From positions 58,094,001 through 58,158,000 of the forward strand of contig OZ024742.1 in assembly GCA_964016885.1 (NCBI GenBank): 64,000 nucleotides of DNA. The letters run 5' to 3'. This document shows positions 60,495-64,000 of the stretch, in pieces; position 1 is the first letter of the stretch, and the number at the start of each line of letters is the position of its first letter. The stretch comes from Eledone cirrhosa (lineage: Eukaryota). A model generated the notes under the pieces. That model was not told the DNA's origin and did no database searches. It worked only from the letters and a program-made list of their open reading frames with translations. The translations under genes and the position numbers were made by a program.

Positions 60495-63400
60495 CTGTCT
60501 GATGCGTGGAACATCGCCGGTAAGCTTTTTTGTTAATTTCTATACAAAAATCCGAACTAATTGTTTGAAAAAACATAACATTTTGTAGATTAACCCTCAA
60601 GCTGAACTGTCAGCTGGGGCGAAAATTCTATTTTAAAAATTTGTTTTAAAATATCAGATTTTACAAACTAAATAACTTGAGCAACACAAGAACGCTGGAG
60701 AACGTTAATAGAGAAAAGAGAGAGAAAGAGGCAGATATTAACGTTATATCTGCTTCTGCTACTATGGACCTCGCCATAGATACAAGTGTCAACAAAGAGA
60801 AAAATATATTAACACTTGAAAATTTTAAAATTTCTACCGTCGAAGCAGAGAAAAATAACAATAACACACATGAAAACACAGGAATTAAACCCATTAACAT
60901 ACATACACATGAAAAAGACATCAACAACTCTACAGATACATATACACATAATGTTTCACCTCGACAAGGAACTGAGATTTCCAACAACGATAACAACAAT
61001 AACAACAGCAACACCACACAAAAAAAGAAAATGTCTTTTGCTGAAACAGTGAACAAAAAACAAGATTTTATAAATCTTGATATCTCCAACGCAAGAGATA
61101 TGCTCCAGCAAGGGAAAAAATTTGTAACTTTCGAAGAAAAAGGTGAGTTTAGAATTAACTCACCCCTTGAAATAAAGGAAGCCACAATCCGCAGATCAGT
61201 CACCTTTAGGACTGTGTCAAATTCCACAAGAAAGCCAACATTTGTTAACCAAGCAGATATAGAGGATTCTTTCAAGGAAATTCTAGCAAATGTCGATTTT
61301 CTCCAGCGAGGAAAACAGTACGAAAGTGTTTCCGTACTGTTTAAAAGCGAGGCACTCCCCCCAAAAAAACTCTGTGACACCAATAGTGTCAAAAGCATAC
61401 ACCTTTTTCCCTACATACATGGGAAAAAGGACACAAAAACTAAAAATAAAAAACATACCTCTAAACATTAACATCTGGTGGATCTTGGCTAGGTTCGTAG
61501 AGCCAGAAACTGATATGATACTTTCGATATGAAAATCTATTCGACAAAGGTGGGTGGGCACAGATTTGGAGATTCTGTTGCAAATGAAACCGGAGAGAAT
61601 CTCCAAAATACCCGAAAGAGTCGTTATCGATAATAACAACAAAATAAACATTTCGGTAGAAGGACGAAAATTTCATTGCTTTCGCTGTGGTAGCACAGCA
61701 CACCTAAAAGCCTCTTGTCCACAAATACACAACATCATAAAAAAAACGCTATTACCAACACCAACACCAAAACAACTACCACCACCACAAGTACAACGAC
61801 AGACGAAACGAGCAACCACACCAAAACAAACAGACACTCAACCAACAACAACAGAAAAAACAGAGACAACACCCCTGAAGAACACAGCCCCACTCCATCA
61901 AACACTACCACAAACACCACCACCACACAACATACCCTTACCCCACACACCTGACGATGATTATTCATCGACGGATGAAGCTGCTTCTCCTTCTTTAAGT
62001 GAAGAAGAGAGAGAACCGCGGAAATCTAAAAAACAAAAAGAGACACCACAAAACCCACAAAACTCCAATCACCAACACACAACCACAGACACAAACAACA
62101 ACACAAACAACACCACAGTCAAACATCCCCCTATCAGCAAAACAAGCACCAACACCACCACAATCACAAGCACCCACCATAAAAAGAAAACTCCCGGACG
62201 AACACCAAACTAAAACAACACAACAAAAACACAAACAACAATACGCATACATCAACACAAACAACAAGAGTTTGATGGAGGTCATCTCCCAAAACCCCAA
62301 GGTGGAGACGGAGGGCAAAACTTTCGTCAAGGCAGAATCGTCTCCACACCTTAAACTTATAAGGGTTTCTATGGAAACCTATAATGACCTAAAAAATAAA
62401 TTTTCACAGGACGTGGGCAACCCCTGCCATAAACCCATCAACCACGCCCTGTTAAAATGTTTCCCCACCCCACCCAACACCCAAATGGAGATTGAACAAC
62501 CCAATCTCCAGGAAATGAAAAGGTAAGTGCACCTTTCGTCCTTTTTCTCCAACTTTTCTTCACCAACATGGCTAGTTTACGAGTTGGAACCGTGAATGTG
62601 CGTGGCCGAGGGATGCCCTGGAAACAGGGCCAACTTTTAAACAACCTTAGGTCACACAGTATGGATGTGATAGCCATCATCTAGTCCAGGATCCACAACA
62701 GGCAGCAACTAACCCCCATCTTCGACGACTTTGAGATCTACGCATCTCTCTGTCAGCCAGGAGGTGGAGTGGCTGTCATGTTTCGGAAGAACCTGGACGT
62801 CGGAGTACAGCAAGTACACTTGGACCCGGAGGGTAGACTGGTAGTCCTAGACGTGAACAGTATCGGAGGTGGAGCCTTCAGACTGGTGGCCGTTTATGCC
62901 CCGACCGGGCTATCGCAATCACGCCCAGACTTCTTTAAGCGTCTAGAGTCTTTTCTGGGAACGTCTCGCTCCTTACTTTTAGTGGGGGACTGGAATGGTA
63001 TCCTAGATGCACGATGGGACTATGTGGGAGCATGTTCCAGTAGAGCTGGGTGCAACAGCCTCAAAACTTTAATCGGCCAATTCCAACTGGCCGATAGGTA
63101 TCGACTGGATTTCCCGACTGCACCACAGTGGACGTGGGCAAACCGCAGTGGGACATCTAGATCGTATTTAGATAGGTTCTTCATTAGAGAAAGGGATAAG
63201 ATGTTAAGCTGTCCATGAATGCACATAGTTGCCTATTCAGATCACAAGTTAGTCGTCTGCTTAGTCAACCGTGATAGAATAGAATACATAGACAGGGTCC
63301 CGGATACTGGAAGCTGAACGTGTCGTTGCCGGCACGTAAAGCTTACAGTGAATGGATAAGTAGACTAGTCAAGCAACAGTTAACGGGAGCCATCGTCAAC

Positions 63401-64000
63401 AATAAATGGTGGTACTCTCTCAAGAAAGCAATTAGAATAGAATCGATAGGGTATAGCAGAGAGTTAGTCTTAGAGAAAAACAGAATAGAAAGAGAACTAG
63501 TAACCAAGGTAGAGGAGGCACTTAGAAGTGGCAACGCGGCTAGAGTGTTAGCGTTGAGAACGGAACTGGACCAGTTCTTCGATGCGAAACACGAAGGCTG
63601 CGTGGTCAGAAGCAAAATACGTGCTCTAGGAAACGAAGGAAAGCTGTCAGCTGGGCCCGAGTGGCGGAGGCAAAAAGTGGCAACAAGTCCATAATTCGTT
63701 CTTTGAAAGACCAAAACGGACATGTGCTACTTGACCCCAAGCAAATGTGCGCGGCCTTTCAGCGGCACTTTGCGCGACTGTTTGAGCAGAACGACGGTGA
63801 GCCGAACGGGGCAATGGACTTTAATTCATACCTCAACGGCCTGCCGGGTCTCTCGAACACGGACGCCGAGTTCTGCGAAAGACTGATCACGGACACTGAG
63901 ATACGGGACGCTCTGAGCCGCTGCGGGAAACGCAAGTCACCCGGTCTAGATGGTCTACCCTACGAATTGTACATAGGCATGCTGGACTTGTTCTCTGGCG
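60495..64000 (+). mobile_element. Tx1 copy E5 (ORF1 to 62526, ORF2 from 62568), runs off the window
   Basis: ORF1 has CFRCGSTAHLKASC; ORF2 APE (VNVRG, GDWNG, YLDRF, SDH, GYWKLN) through SPGLDGLPYE; decayed. Confidence 0.93.

Overview
Eukaryotic, AT-rich and gene-free window made almost entirely of transposon-derived sequence. The SINE, RTE and Penelope repeats resemble those of octopus or a related cephalopod (inferred, not proven). Positions 1-17 kb are ordinary repeat-rich DNA in mixed orientation: tRNA-derived SINEs, Penelope-like (PLE) remnants with hammerhead motifs and a 1.4-kb foldback, a 3-kb 50-bp satellite, a CR1-group LINE and a piggyBac-type MITE. From about 17.3 kb to the end, the DNA is a nearly gap-free mosaic of fragments from unrelated classes: a parvovirus/densovirus NS1 EVE, CR1, PLE, RTE, Gypsy, hAT, Helitron and Tx1/L1. 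Essentially all lie on the + strand, as in a flamenco-like uni-strand piRNA cluster. The last 21 kb are a head-to-tail array of seven Tx1/L1-clade LINE copies from several subfamilies, with the same (Y)ATATCTATCT/(TATC)n motif at every junction. This points to a microsatellite-targeting retrotransposon lineage. The copies share covarying UTR stem-loops and splice-site-like motifs that coincide with the stop codons of both ORFs. No intact host gene was found.
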